Origin: an uncultured delta proteobacterium
Lineage (GTDB): Bacteria; Myxococcota; Myxococcia; Myxococcales; Anaeromyxobacteraceae
DNA length: 64,000 nucleotides
Assembly: GCA_963814585.1 (NCBI GenBank)
Contig: CAWFDF010000014.1
Span: forward strand, 320,001-384,000
Direction of reading: 5' to 3'
A model generated the notes under the pieces. The model worked only from the letters and a program-made list of their open reading frames with translations, was not told the DNA's origin and did not search any database. The translations under genes were made by a program, and so were the position numbers. Shown here one piece after another: positions 24,803 to 37,108 of the stretch (position 1 is its first letter; the number at the start of each line of letters is the position of its first letter).

Positions 24803-26116
24803 CTACGCCACGGCCACGGTCAGGAGCGCGACGGTCTCGACGTGGTGCGTCTGGGGGAAGAGGTCGAGCGGCTGGACCGCCTCGATGGCGAAGCCGGCGT
24901 CGACGCACCCCCGCAGGTCGCGGGCCAGCGTGGCCGGATCGCAGGAGACGTAGACGGCCCGCGTCACCCCCAGCGCCCGGAGCGCCGGGCCAATCCCCCT
25001 GGCCCCCTCTCGGGGAGGGTCGAGGAGCGCCCGCGTGAACCCCGCCCCGCCGGCTCCCCGTTCCCGGGCCAGCGCCTGCGCCAGCTTGAGCGCGTCACCG
25101 GCGTAGAAGCGGGTCCCGGTCCCCGCCAGGTCGGCGCTGGCCAGCTCGAGCGCCGGCCCCTGCGCCTCGACCGCGGCCACCGCCGCCGCCCGGAGCGCCA
25201 GCGGACCGGTGAAGTTGCCCGAGCCGCAGAACAGCTCCAGCACCCGCTCGCCGTCGGGCCGGAGCAGCTCGAGGGCGAGCTCGACGAGGAGCGCGTTGGC
25301 GGCCCGGTTGGCCTGCTGGAAGACGTCGGGGCGCGAGCTGGCGAGCCCGGCGGCCGGCCGGCCCGGCACCCGCTCGTGTCGCAGCACCGGCGCTCCGACC
25401 AGCGTCGGCGGCGCGCCCTCGGCGGTGAGGACCACGCCGGCCAGCGAAGGAACGCCCCGGAGCAGCGTCTCGGCCCGGCTCCGCTGCTCCTTCCCGGGAG
25501 CGGCCGGGAGCGCCAGGTGGGCCGCGCCGCGGGCCTCGTGGTCGGACCACTCCAGGGCCACCTCCCGTGGCGTGAGCCGGGCGGCCACCAGGGCGGGGCC
25601 CATGGCCCGCCGCAGCCTCTCCAGCCCCTCCGTGAGCAGGTGGCAGTCGGCCACCGGCACCGGCACATGGGAGCGACGCTGGAAGAAGACCAGCCGCTCC
25701 TCCCGCCGGTCGAGGTGGAAGCGGGCTCGCGAGCGGTACCGGTAGGGGCTCGGCGAGGCGATCGCCGGCCGCCAGCCGCAGGACGACGGGTCGAGCCGGC
25801 CGATCTTCCGGAGCGCCTCGCGCACCGAGGCCCCCTTGGCCGCGAGCTGCGCCGGCGCGTCGGCGTGCTGCCACTCGCAGCCGCCACAGCGGTCACCTCC
25901 GGGGCCGAAGTGGGGGCAGGCGGGAGCCCGGCGAGACGCGCCCGGCGACCTCAGGGACACCAGCTCTCCCCGGACGACCTCCCCGGCCTCGGGGACCTCG
26001 ACCAGCACGCGGTCCCCCGGCGCGGTGAAGGGGACGAAGACGGTGCGGGGACCGGCGTGCCCGACGCCCTCGCCGCCGGGCGCGAGGGCGTCGATGTCGA
26101 GCTCGAGCCTCGACAA
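24803..26116 (-). CDS. 23S rRNA m5U methyltransferase, RlmD/TrmA family (TRAM domain)
   Basis: CPHF..CGGC, YRYRSR, FQQAN, ELFCGSG, LDPPREG, YVSCDPATLARD, DLFPQTHHVE. Confidence 0.92.
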   Translation of the reverse strand: MSRLELDIDALAPGGEGVGHAGPRTVFVPFTAPGDRVLVEVPEAGEVVRGELVSLRSPGASRRAPACPHFGPGGDRCGGCEWQHADAPAQLAAKGASVREALRKIGRLDPSSCGWRPAIASPSPYRYRSRARFHLDRREERLVFFQRRSHVPVPVADCHLLTEGLERLRRAMGPALVAARLTPREVALEWSDHEARGAAHLALPAAPGKEQRSRAETLLRGVPSLAGVVLTAEGAPPTLVGAPVLRHERVPGRPAAGLASSRPDVFQQANRAANALLVELALELLRPDGERVLELFCGSGNFTGPLALRAAAVAAVEAQGPALELASADLAGTGTRFYAGDALKLAQALARERGAGGAGFTRALLDPPREGARGIGPALRALGVTRAVYVSCDPATLARDLRGCVDAGFAIEAVQPLDLFPQTHHVETVALLTVAVA

Positions 26117-26121
26117 GGTCG

Positions 26122-26487
26122 TCAGCGCCCGGCTGCTTCCAGCTGGCCACGGAGCCGCTGCACGAAGGTCTCCAGCTCGGCGCGGCGTCCCGGGTCGAGG
26201 GCGGTGAACTCCACGCCCATGCCCGGCACCATGTTGTGGTGGTTGTCGTACTCGGTGACCCGGGTCACCTTGCCCTCGATGGCGGCGGCCTGGGCCTCGC
26301 CGGGGAGCTGGAGGAGGATGCGGACCGCGGTGCCGACCGGCAGCGGGCTGCGCGTGTTGATGAAGAGGCCGCCCTGGCTGATGTTGGTGGCCCAGTCGGT
26401 CAGGAAGCTGCCGACCGACCGGTAGGCCACGGGGATCTCGTGCTGGAGCCGCGTGGCCTTTCGCTTGTTGTCGGCGCCCGTCCTCAT
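26122..26487 (-). CDS. Stand-alone PilZ-like (TIGR02266-type) protein
   Basis: RKATR (RxxxR), NISQGGLFINT, GMGVEF. Confidence 0.88.
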   Translation of the reverse strand: MRTGADNKRKATRLQHEIPVAYRSVGSFLTDWATNISQGGLFINTRSPLPVGTAVRILLQLPGEAQAAAIEGKVTRVTEYDNHHNMVPGMGVEFTALDPGRRAELETFVQRLRGQLEAAGR

Positions 26488-26500
26488 CTCGGCGGAAACT

Positions 26501-27313
26501 CTAGCAGGGGCTCCCCGCAGCGCCAAGGGTGGCCGATCCTCCCAGGAGGAGCCGGACCTCGACGCCGCGCCAGCGGTGCAGGTGGGCCGCCGCGCTCCCC
26601 TCCCGGACGGCGATCTCGACCCGGCCGCCGCTCCCGACCAGCGCCAGCAGCTCCCCGGGCTGGCCGTCGCCGAAGGTCCGGACCCAGCGGGCCGGACGGC
26701 CGTCGCAGAGGGCGACCCGCACCTCGGCCCCGGCCAGATCGGCCTCCCCGATGGAGGTGACCAGGTTCCCGAAGGAGTCCACCGAGAGGGTGACGCCTCG
26801 CACCTGGCCGGCGCTCCGCTCGGCGACCGGCCAGTCGATCCGGACCGGGTCGGTGGTGAGCGGCCCGAGCCGCTCCGGCGGGAGGCCGAGCGCGATCGCG
26901 GCGGTCACCGGCGCGAACAGGTCGCGGCCGTGGAAGGTGGCGGAGCGAGGGAGCGGGACCAGCGACGGATCGGCCAGGTGGTAGACCCTCGAGCCCTCGC
27001 CGAGGAAGGGCGTGAGCAGGCCGTTGTCGGGCGCCACCAGGCGGCGGCCGGCCGGGTCGACCACGCAGATGGCGCGCCGGTCGGTGCCGACGCCGGGATC
27101 CACGACGGCGAGGTGGATGGCGTCGAGCGGGAAGGCCGGGAGGCAGGCCTCCAGCAGCAGCGCTCCGGCCATCAGGTCGTAGGCCGGCACGCCATGGGAG
27201 ATGTCGACGATGCGCAGGTCGGGAACGGCCGAGAGGAGCACGCCCTTCACCTGGGCCGGGTAGCCGGAGCCGGCCCCGTAGTCGGTGGTGAGGGTGACGA
27301 GCGGCGGCGGCAC
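26501..27313 (-). CDS. SAM hydroxide adenosyltransferase / chlorinase-fluorinase family (DUF62)
   Basis: TLTTDYG, DISH, VVDPGVGT.R, APDNG, TFHGRDLFAP, DSFGN, EIAVREG. Confidence 0.92.
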   Translation of the reverse strand: MPPPLVTLTTDYGAGSGYPAQVKGVLLSAVPDLRIVDISHGVPAYDLMAGALLLEACLPAFPLDAIHLAVVDPGVGTDRRAICVVDPAGRRLVAPDNGLLTPFLGEGSRVYHLADPSLVPLPRSATFHGRDLFAPVTAAIALGLPPERLGPLTTDPVRIDWPVAERSAGQVRGVTLSVDSFGNLVTSIGEADLAGAEVRVALCDGRPARWVRTFGDGQPGELLALVGSGGRVEIAVREGSAAAHLHRWRGVEVRLLLGGSATLGAAGSPC

Positions 27314-27969
27314 TAGACGCCCATGGTCGTCAGGTCGGGCGCCACCGCCAGCCTCGGCCCGGTGAGCGCCTGCACCGAGGCGACCGTCTCGCCCGGGGCC
27401 AGCTCGCGCAGCAGGAGGCCGGCGGGCGTCACGTCGAGCCAGGCCCGGTCGGAGCAGATGGCCGCGACGCAGCGCCGGCCGGTGAGCGGCAACGTGCAGG
27501 CCTCCAGGATCTTGGGCTTCCCGTCCTTGGTGGCGTGGTCCATCATCACCACCACGCGCCGGGCGCCGGCGACCAGGTCCATGCCGCCGCCCATGCCCTT
27601 CACCATCTTGCCCGGCACCAGCCAGTTGGCGAGGTCCCCCTGCGCGCTCACCTCCAGGGCGCCGAGGATGGCGAGGTCGATGTGGCCGCCGCGGATCATG
27701 GCGAACGAGTCGGCCGAGGAGAAGAAGGCCGAGCCGGGGTTGACGGTGACGGTCTCCTTGCCGGCGTTGATGAGGTCGGGGTCCTCGGTCCCGGCCAGCG
27801 GATACGGGCCGACGCCCAGGATCCCGTTCTCCGACTGGAGCACCACCTCGATCCCCGGGGGGACGTAGTTGGCGACCAGGGTCGGCATGCCGATGCCGAG
27901 GTTGACGTAGAAGCCGTCGCGCAGCTCTCGCGCGACGCGGGCGGCGATCTGCTCGCGGGTGAGCGGCAT
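27313..27969 (-). CDS. scoB: 3-oxoacid CoA-transferase subunit B
   Basis: [30 protein letters not shown]. Confidence 0.93.
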   Translation of the reverse strand: MPLTREQIAARVARELRDGFYVNLGIGMPTLVANYVPPGIEVVLQSENGILGVGPYPLAGTEDPDLINAGKETVTVNPGSAFFSSADSFAMIRGGHIDLAILGALEVSAQGDLANWLVPGKMVKGMGGGMDLVAGARRVVVMMDHATKDGKPKILEACTLPLTGRRCVAAICSDRAWLDVTPAGLLLRELAPGETVASVQALTGPRLAVAPDLTTMGV

Positions 27970-27971
27970 GG

Positions 27972-28682
27972 CTACCTCCCCTCCCCGGCCGCGGGCCGGA
28001 CGGTGCGCCGCTCGATCCACTTCTGGTAGCCGGTCCCCTGGACCAGCCGCTTCACGTAGATGCCCGGGGTGTGGATCTGGTCGGGGTCGAGCTCGCCCGG
28101 CGCCACGACCCGCTCGGCCTCGGCGATGGTGACGCGCGCGGCGGTGGCCATGATGGGGTTGAAGTTGCGGGCCGTCTTGCGGAAGACCAGGTTGCCGTGG
28201 GTGTCGGCGGTGTGGGCGTGGACCAGGGCGAAGTCGGCCCGCAGCGGCGCCTCGAGGATGTACTCGTTCCCGTCGATGGTCCGCGCCTCCTTGCCCTCGG
28301 CCACCTGCGTCCCCACGCCGGTCCGGGTGTAGAAGCCGCCGATCCCGGCCCCGCCGGCCCGGATCCGCTCGGCCAGCGTCCCCTGCGGCACCAGCTCCAC
28401 CTCCAGCTCGCCGGAGAGGAACTGCCGCTCGAACTCCTTGTTCTCGCCGACGTAGCTGGCCAGGATCTTCCGGATCTGGCGGGCCTGGAGCAGCGGCCCC
28501 AGGCCGAGGTCGGTGGTGCCGCAGTTGTTGGAGATGACGGTGAGCCCGGTGACGCCCCGCCGGTGGAGCGCGGCGATCAGGTTCTCCGGGTTGCCGCAGA
28601 GGCCGAAGCCGCCCACCATGACGGTGGCGCCGTCGCGGATGTCCGCGACCGCGGCGTCGGCCGATTCGACGAGCTTGTTCAT
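27972..28682 (-). CDS. scoA: 3-oxoacid CoA-transferase subunit A
   Basis: [31 protein letters not shown]. Confidence 0.93.
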   Translation of the reverse strand: MNKLVESADAAVADIRDGATVMVGGFGLCGNPENLIAALHRRGVTGLTVISNNCGTTDLGLGPLLQARQIRKILASYVGENKEFERQFLSGELEVELVPQGTLAERIRAGGAGIGGFYTRTGVGTQVAEGKEARTIDGNEYILEAPLRADFALVHAHTADTHGNLVFRKTARNFNPIMATAARVTIAEAERVVAPGELDPDQIHTPGIYVKRLVQGTGYQKWIERRTVRPAAGEGR

Positions 28683-28731
28683 GCGCGCTCCCGGGTTCGA
28701 CGGGTGAGGGCTGTCCCGCTTCGAGGCGGCG

Positions 28732-29913
<1,182 letters not shown>

Positions 29914-30089
29914 GAGGACCTCGCAGGGGTGGAGAGCGGACGAACCTTAGTGCGGCCGCGGCTCCGAGCCAAGGCGGTCGAGCGGCCCGAATGGTCGCAG
30001 GCCAGCCGAGAGGCACGGGCACGGGATGGCGCTGCTCCGGGGCCCCGGCCTCGCTCGCCTCGCCACGGCCGGGGGGCCTGGGAGGTGCG

Positions 30090-30872
30090 CTAGGGAAGCC
30101 GGTAGGCGACCGAGGCCGAGATGGGGAGCAGGTTGGCGCCGGCGACCCCCGACGTCTGGAAGTAGACGAAGTAGGCGAAGCGCGTGGCGTCCACCCGGCG
30201 CAGCTTGACCTGGTCGGTGCTGGCGACCCGCACCGAGTCGGCGGCGCCCGTGGTCGCGGCCGCCGCCATGGGCTGGTCGTCCGAGCGGTAGAGGTAGGCG
30301 ATCCCGTCGACCCCCTCGTCGGCGTCGTAGAAGACGTAGCTGAAGCCGGTGACGACGGCGCCGTCCGGCAGCGCCACCGGCACCACCAGGAAGTCGTCCT
30401 CGCCGCGCTCCTGGAAGCGGCCCACCGCGCCCGGGACGGTCCCCTGGGCCGTCACGGTGGAGGAGAGGCGCGGCACGCCGGCCAGCGCCGCCACCGAGGC
30501 GACCCCGCGCGGCAGCTTCTGGCAGGCGACGCTGCCGTCCGCGTCGATGACGCGGATGGCGGAGCCGGGCGCGCAGGTGCCGGTGATGCGCGCCTGCTTG
30601 GCCTCGAGGGCCTCGGCGTTCTTCACGATCTCGGCCGAGTGGGTCTCCAGCGCGGCGCCGACCTCCTCCGGCAGGCGGTCGAGCGGCAGCCGGCCGGTGG
30701 TGATCTGGGCGGCGTCGATGGGGTGACCGCCCGGGTACTGGGGGCTGGGCGGGCGGGCGCCACCTCTCGGCTCGGCCGGCTCCTCCTCCCAGGGGCGGAG
30801 GACGGCCGCCGCCAGGCCGGCGGCGACCAGCGTCACGGCGGCGGCGGCGAGGATCCAGCGCTTCACGGGCAT
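30090..30872 (-). CDS. Hypothetical membrane-anchored or exported protein
   Basis: N-terminal hydrophobic helix, QARITGTCAPGSAIRVIDADGSVAC segment, host-like codon usage. Confidence 0.7.
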   Translation of the reverse strand: MPVKRWILAAAAVTLVAAGLAAAVLRPWEEEPAEPRGGARPPSPQYPGGHPIDAAQITTGRLPLDRLPEEVGAALETHSAEIVKNAEALEAKQARITGTCAPGSAIRVIDADGSVACQKLPRGVASVAALAGVPRLSSTVTAQGTVPGAVGRFQERGEDDFLVVPVALPDGAVVTGFSYVFYDADEGVDGIAYLYRSDDQPMAAAATTGAADSVRVASTDQVKLRRVDATRFAYFVYFQTSGVAGANLLPISASVAYRLP

Positions 30873-30927
30873 TCCTTACCACGGCGCGGCGGGCCCGCCA
30901 CCGGGCCGCGGCCTCCGGCTCCGCCGC

Positions 30928-31537
30928 TCACAGGTTCAGGACGAAGGGGACCTCGAAGCTCGAGCCCCTCTTGCTGGGCGCCGGCATGAGCTGGCCTCGC
31001 AGCTTGCGCATGGCGCACGCCACCCTCGGGTCGGCCTCGTCCTCGTGGTTCACCAGGGTCACGTCGACGATCCGGAGCCTCGAGTCGAGGGTCTCGAACT
31101 GGAGGGTCAGGACGACCCGGCCGCGGCGCAGCGCGCCGGTTCCGCCTCCAGCGGCCTCCATCTCGTCGGCGCAGGCGGCGACGCTCTGCTGGAGCCTGCC
31201 CAGGCCGGCGGCCACGTACGGGCGCAAGCGGCCCGAGCACCGAGCCGTCCCTGGTGGGCGCGAGCGACCGGGTGGCGCCTTCCAGCCAGGCTGGCGACGG
31301 CCGAGGCACCGGGTCCGGCACGTGCTCCGGCAGCGAGACGGGGGCAGGCTGCGTCGTCCTCACCGGCGTACCGGCCTCGGCCGAGCCTGGCCCGGCCCCG
31401 GGGGAGGTGGTCTCCCAGGGAGCTGGCCCGGCGCTGCCGGGACTGGTGGACGACTCGGTGAAGCGGTCGATGAGCACCAGGCTGCCGGCGACGAGCGCGA
31501 CGGCGGCCCCGCCCAGGATGGCGAGCTCCCTCTTCAT
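30928..31537 (-). CDS. Hypothetical bitopic protein with a TonB-C-like C-terminal domain; +1 frameshift near 31221
   Basis: MKRELAILGG TM segment and Pro-rich linker, then ...YVAAGLGRLQQSVAAC...VACAMRKL...FEVPFVLNL in the adjacent frame; joined by deleting one g at 31220-31222. Confidence 0.6.
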
Positions 31538-31642
31538 GGCGGCGTGGGCCCCTTCCGGCCCGGGTTCCGGGTGTCCGGGTGACGAGCATGGCGCCGCCAC
31601 ACGGGAGGCTCCACCGGGCCACGGCTGATGGCCCGAAAGCAA

Positions 31643-31677
31643 GTTCCGCGGGGAGGAACCTACCCTCCCCGCGGAAC
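31643..31677 (-). terminator. Probable rho-independent terminator after the multicopper oxidase
   Basis: Perfect 14-bp stem GTTCCGCGGGGAGG/CCTCCCCGCGGAAC followed on the minus strand by TTGCTTTC. Confidence 0.7.
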
Positions 31678-31750
31678 CATGTCTCACTTCATGTGCTGGA
31701 GCCGGGGGAGGGGGCGGTGCCCCTCCCTCGCCTCCGGGCCACCTCTCGCG

Positions 31751-34700
31751 CTACGGCGTGTCGACGCGCGGGAAGACCGACCAGGCCGAGTTCCCGAGCG
31801 CATTCCGGGCACGGATGCGGTACGAGTAGTCGTTGTTGCGGGACACGTTCTGGCTCCACGTGGTCAGGTTGGCGGTGATGGTGTAGCTGGTGGTGTTGTT
31901 GAAGTTGGCGTTGGTGGAGCGCTGGATCTGGAAGTTGGCCTCGTTGTTCGAGTTGTCCGCCCAGGTCAGCGTCGCCAGGTCCTGGTTGTTGTTCCCGGGG
32001 ATGCGGACGGCCAGTCCGGTGAGGGCGGTCGGAGCCGCCGGCACGCGGAAGTTCACGGTGGCCGTGTTGGACTGTGCCGAGGGGCCGTTGGCGTTGAGCG
32101 CGGTCACGTAGTAGGCGTACGTGTTCCCGACGGTGACGCCGTTGCTGCTGAGCGTGACGTTTCCGCCCGTGGCAGCGCCCTGCGCGGCCGACCTGTTGAC
32201 GGTGGCGATCTGGGCTGAACGCCCCGCCGTTGGTCGAGCGCCACACGGCGAAGGCGGTCTCGTTGTTCGAGGCATCCGTCCAGGCGAGGTTGATCCGGGT
32301 GGTGCTGGCGATGGTGGCCACCAGGTTGGTGGGCGGCATCGGGACCGGCAGCTGGCCGACGGACACGATGTTGGACCCCGACTCACCGGCGGCGTTGAAC
32401 GCGACCACCTGGTACTTGTAGAAGCGGTTGGTGACCGCGGTGGCGTCGGTGAAGGTGATCTGGTTGGCCAGGGCCTGGCCGATCACGACGAACGGCCCGG
32501 CGTTGTCGGAGCGCAGGATGCGGAAGCCGACCTCGTTGTAGGCGCTGCCGAAGTTGGCCGGGGCGTTCGGATCGACGACCGGGGTGGTGTCGTTCCAGTT
32601 CAGGACCGCCGGCGTCACCAGGAGTCCGCCGGCGTCGACGGCCAGCGGCTCCAGGACGGGAGGCGCGATGAGGGCCGGCGGAGGGGCCGGGAAGACCACC
32701 ACCGCGCGCATCATGTCCATCTCCTCGTGGCTGAGGATGTGGCAGTGCCAGACGTATTCCCAGCCGAAGTCGGTGACCTGGTTGGTGGGCGCGGGAACCA
32801 GCGCCTCGCCGGTCCAGGGGTCGATCCCGGTCAGCCCCATGGTGGAGCCGATGGGCGTCGCCGGGCTCATGGGCCGGCTGCTGTAGGGGATGCCGAACGG
32901 GGTCTTCGGGGCCACGAAACGGAGGGCCACGATGGTGTCCTCGAGCGGGCTGATGCGGATGGTGTCCTTCCAGCCGAGCTCGTTGGCGTCCGGGAGGCGG
33001 ATGGCGCCGTCCCAGCCGACGCGGTTGAGGAGCTGGACCTCGAACAGGTGGAAGTGCACGGGGTGCGTGTCCACGCCGTTGTGGGTGATCTTCCAGACCT
33101 GCGCGTCGTTCATGTCGGTCAGCGGGCTGGCCAGCAGCGTGGCGCTGATGACCTCCGTCGGCGCATCCGTGTAGGTCTGCGTGACGAAGTTCTGGTTCTG
33201 GGCGTTGGTGTTGCGGAGCTCGAGGCCAAGCCGGCTGCTCATGCGGCCGTAGTCCGGGTCGAACACCTCGCCCATCTCGTCCTGGATGGCCTTGGGCTCC
33301 ATGGGCTTGGCGTTGGGCACCTGCCCGTTCACCAGCGGCTCGCCGTTGTAGATCGGGTTCCTGGTGCCGTCGATGCCCTGGAAGGCGAGCGACGTGTCAC
33401 CGATGCGCGAGACGCCCCAGTACGGGAAGGCGAAGGGGAACTGGTCGACGCCCTTGGTCTTGCCGTAGGCCGTGTCGTAGGCGGAGAGCCCGGCGCCGCG
33501 GCCGGCGATGTCGCCCTGCGCCACGATGATGGGGTCCTGGGCGCGGGCGAAGGCGCCGTCGCTGGTGCCCGCGGTCGAGGCGAAGGCCGCCTGGAGGGAG
33601 GCCAGGGAGACGTTCCGGTTCGGGTCGACGGGATTGGCCGGGGCCGCCCTCACCACGATCTGCATGATGGTCCGCGTGTTGGGGCCGTAGCCGGCGATGG
33701 TCCCCTCGTGGCCGCCGGCGTCCCGGAGATCCGGGTTGCCGGTGTAGTAGTCGTACCGGTTGTCCAGGGCCGGGAATGCTGCCGGGGCGTCGTTGTAGAG
33801 GATGAGGGTCTTGCCGGCATAGGCCGAGAAGTCCACCACCACGTCGGCGCGCTCGGCCGGGGCAACCAGCAGGGCGTGGGCCGAGACGTTGCCGAAGTTG
33901 AAGGTGGTCGGGTTGGCGTTCCAGACCACCGGCTGGTTCGGCACCACCACCGGGGCCGGCAGGATGCCGCCCTCGGAGGCGAACTGGATGAAGTCCGGGC
34001 CCATGGTGGCCGGGTCGGGGACGCCGCCCTCGCGGCCGTCCACCGGCCAGGTCGGGTAGGCGACGGTGTCGAAGGCGCCGGCCGCGGCCGGGAGCATCTT
34101 CACCTCGGTGCAGTCGGCGGCGGGCACGCCGGTCGTGCCGTCACAGAGCACGGCGCCGGTGGTGCCGGCGGCGGTCGGCGACTTCTTGTCGGCGGCGACG
34201 TAGAGCTGGAGGTTCCAGAACCGGTCGTTGGCGGCGTTGAGGATGCGGAAGCGGACCGCCTTGGGATCCACGGTGACCGACGGATAGGCGGTGCCGTTCA
34301 CCATGGCCACGTCGAAGAAGGACTCGCCGGGCGTCGACGGGTTGGGCACGCCGGGCATCTCGGGCGGCTGCCACGGCTGGTAGTTCGGATCGGTCGAGAT
34401 CGGCGAGTAGTACGGGTTGGTGACCGGCGGCTGGGCGATGCCGGTCGTCGGCGGCCAGAACCACGGCCCGTAGTGCCAGCGGCCGTACGGGTTGGCGCCC
34501 GACAGGTCGTAGGGGTTCTGGGCCGGGACGTAGATGTGCGGGTACCAGAGGTCGCCGGTCTTCGGGGCCGGGACGGCCACGGCAGGACCGGTCCCGTCGG
34601 GATCGGCGGGGATGCCGGTGCCCCAGCGCCAGGTCGGATCGCTGGAGAGGACCGAGGCCGCGTCGACGAAGGTCTTGTCCTGGATGATGAGCGGGATGGT

Positions 34701-36272
34701 GTCGGCCGGGGCCGGCAGGACCTTCTTCACGTCGACCAGGTCGGCCTCGACGGCGTCGGTGATGACGTAGCCGGCGGCCTCGCCGGCGTAGACGTTGAGC
34801 CGGGTGATGCCGTACGCGTGGTCGTGGTAGAACATCAGGCGCGCGCTCTGCTGGTTGGTCCAGTAGAAGGTCTGCGAGCCGTCACCCTGGGCGGGCATGT
34901 CGGGGACGTCGAAGACGCTGAGGCCCTTCTTGAACGGCGTCGGCTCGCCGGCCGGCGTGATCCACTGGTGGGGCGTGCCGTCGCTGATCCACGGGGTGTG
35001 GCCGCCGTGGAGGTGCAGGGTGGCGCGGTTGTGCGTGTACTTGGCGCAGGTGTTGAGCGCGACGGTGTTGTCGCAGGGCGCTCCGCCGAGCGTGAGCGGG
35101 CCGGTGCCGGCCCCCATGACCGACTCGTCGACGGGGAGCCAGAGGTCGCCGGCGGCGCCATTGGGCAGCTTGTTGGTGAACTTGATCCGGACCGGACGGT
35201 CCTTCTGCGCGACGATGACCGGGCCCAGGTAGTGGAACTTGTTCACCGTGGTGTCGGTGGTGTTGGTCTGCCGGTACCCGCGCAGCCTGGTGGGCGGCAG
35301 GTCGCTGTGCATCTTCTCCTCGTACTCGCCCAGCTCGAGCTCGTAGTAGTCGCTGCCCGGGAACGAGGTGAGGTCCGGGATGGCGACCGGGATGTACTGG
35401 CCCAGGTTGTTGATGCCCGCCGCGGTCAGGCCAGGCAGGCCGTCGACGAACTTCTTCATGCCACCGACCAGGGTGGAGGTGGAGCCGGTGACGACGTCGA
35501 CCGAGGCGCCGAAGGCGTAGGTCCGGTCGGTCGAGTAGAGGGGGAAGCCGGGCGTCGTCCCGAACGTGATGGCGTCGTTCAGGATGGGCGCGGCCGGAGA
35601 CGGGTAGCTGAGGATGTCGGCGTTGGCGCCGCCGGTGGCGAGCGGAATGCCCTGGCCGTGGAACGCGATCACGTCGCCCGCGGTCACGGCGCACGGGGTG
35701 GTGACGGGATAGGTGGAGACCTGGCTCGCCGCGACCGTGGGCACGGTCTGCAGGCCGCCGTCGCAGACGACGGTGTAGGCGTTGGCCACGACCGGATCGG
35801 GCCGCAGCACGTACGGACGGAAGGTGTTGCCCGCCGACGGGAACGGGCTCGCGCCGTTCGCGACCTGGTTCCAGGTCCGGAAGGCGGTGAGCGCGCCCGC
35901 CGACGGGATCGCCGACCGGACGACGACGAAGACCGGCGCGTCCGCGCCGACCGCGACCGGGAAGTCGGTCGCGTACGCCTGGTCAGCCGAGGTCGCGTTG
36001 CCCACCGGCGTGGCGGTGATCACCGGGGTGACGACGGTCCTGGGCGACGGGCTGTTGGCCCAGTTGCCGACGCCGAGGTAGTCGACGATGGGGAGGCCGG
36101 TGTTGAGGTCGATGACGAGGCTCTGGGGCTGTCCGTAGACGTCCGTGTAGGGAATCCTCGGGGCCGTCGGGTCCCAGCTGTAGAGGTTGTTGGACTGCAC
36201 CTGGGCCGCGCCCATCAACGGGAGCGCGGCGACCAGCAGGGCCATCAGGGTGAGCAGGCCGCGGCGGATCAT
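31751..36272 (-). CDS. Large secreted multicopper oxidase with C-terminal fibronectin type III domains (Geobacter OmpB-like); +1 frameshift near 32213
   Basis: Signal peptide; four Cu motifs HLHGG, FYHDH, HPVHFH, WHCHILSHEEMDMM; FN3 repeats (LAWTDASNNETAF, LTWADNSNNEANF, YSYRIRARN). Confidence 0.9.
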
Positions 36273-36514
36273 CGCCCACCTCCTTCGGACTTCTTCTCCG
36301 CCTTGGGGGCGTGGGCGTACTTGACGCCCGGGTTCTGCCGCTGCGCCTCGGCCATCTTGGCCTTGCGCGCCTCGGCGGATGCCTTGCGCTCGGCGGCGGT
36401 GATGCGGGTCCGCTGCTTGCGCTCCCTGACCTGGGCATCGGCTCCGACCGGGGCGGAGACGCCCAGGGCGAAGGCCAGCAGGACTGTCGAAACGGATGCC
36501 GTGCGCCACTTCAT
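36269..36514 (-). CDS. 81-aa secreted basic protein translationally coupled to the multicopper oxidase
   Basis: GAGGGGG RBS, signal peptide ending ADA, K/R/A-rich helix; TGA overlaps the oxidase ATG (ATGA). Confidence 0.75.
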   Translation of the reverse strand: MKWRTASVSTVLLAFALGVSAPVGADAQVRERKQRTRITAAERKASAEARKAKMAEAQRQNPGVKYAHAPKAEKKSEGGGR

Positions 36515-37018
36515 GATGTGCCCCCTCGAGCTTCGATTTGGTTGTTGCTGCTCTCGCCCTTCGGCAGCTGGCTGCGCGTGCGGCACGGACTCCGGTGCAC
36601 CCACCGTCAAGTCAGTTTCCCCACCCGCCCCCACGCCGACCGACGGCGTCCCCTCGTGTGCTTCGCGACAAGTCTTCGCTTGCTCCCCGTCAAGATGTCG
36701 CAAAGAAATGATACTTCCCGCGAGGTTCAACAACCCCACGATCGCGGGACATGAGGATCGGCCCGACTCATTGGGGGAACCAACCTGGGGTGCGCTGCTT
36801 CGCTCACTGAAGGAAACATCACGAAGACCATGTGGATAGTTGTCGCACCATCCGGGGGGGGGCTTGAGGCACCCTTCCTGCCCAGGTCCCTCGAACCGGG
36901 GACGGCCATCCCCGGAAGGGAAAAGACGCGGCCGAGGACTTGTCGTCGTCGGCCGCGTCTCGGGGATCCACAGCGAAGGTGGGGTGACCGCGATGCTCGA
37001 GCCCGGCCAGGCGAGCTA

Positions 37019-37108
37019 CTTCGGCACCTCGATCTGCTTCAGGACCTCGATCTGCTTCAGGACCTCGATCTGCTTCAGGACCTCGAGCTACTTCAGCACC
37101 TCGAGCAG
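37019..37108. repeat. 18-bp tandem repeat, five copies, spanning the FKBP stop codon
   Basis: Units at 37019, 37037, 37055, 37073 and 37091; consensus CTTCAGGACCTCGATCTG. Confidence 0.92.

Noticed and set aside
26501..27313. True fluorinase/chlorinase in a halometabolite cluster
   Set aside because: Housekeeping neighbourhood with no biosynthetic genes; the common DUF62 SAM hydrolase type is more likely.
36540..36700. c-di-GMP-I (GEMM) riboswitch in the oxidase leader (GGGACGC and GCAGCCAGCTGCCGAA fragments)
   Set aside because: GGCAAAC, the GNRA loop/receptor and GCAAAG are missing and the spacing is too long; only an Rfam scan could rescue it.
37019..37108. CRISPR array
   Set aside because: The 18-bp units are contiguous with no spacers, derive from the FKBP coding end, and no cas genes are present.
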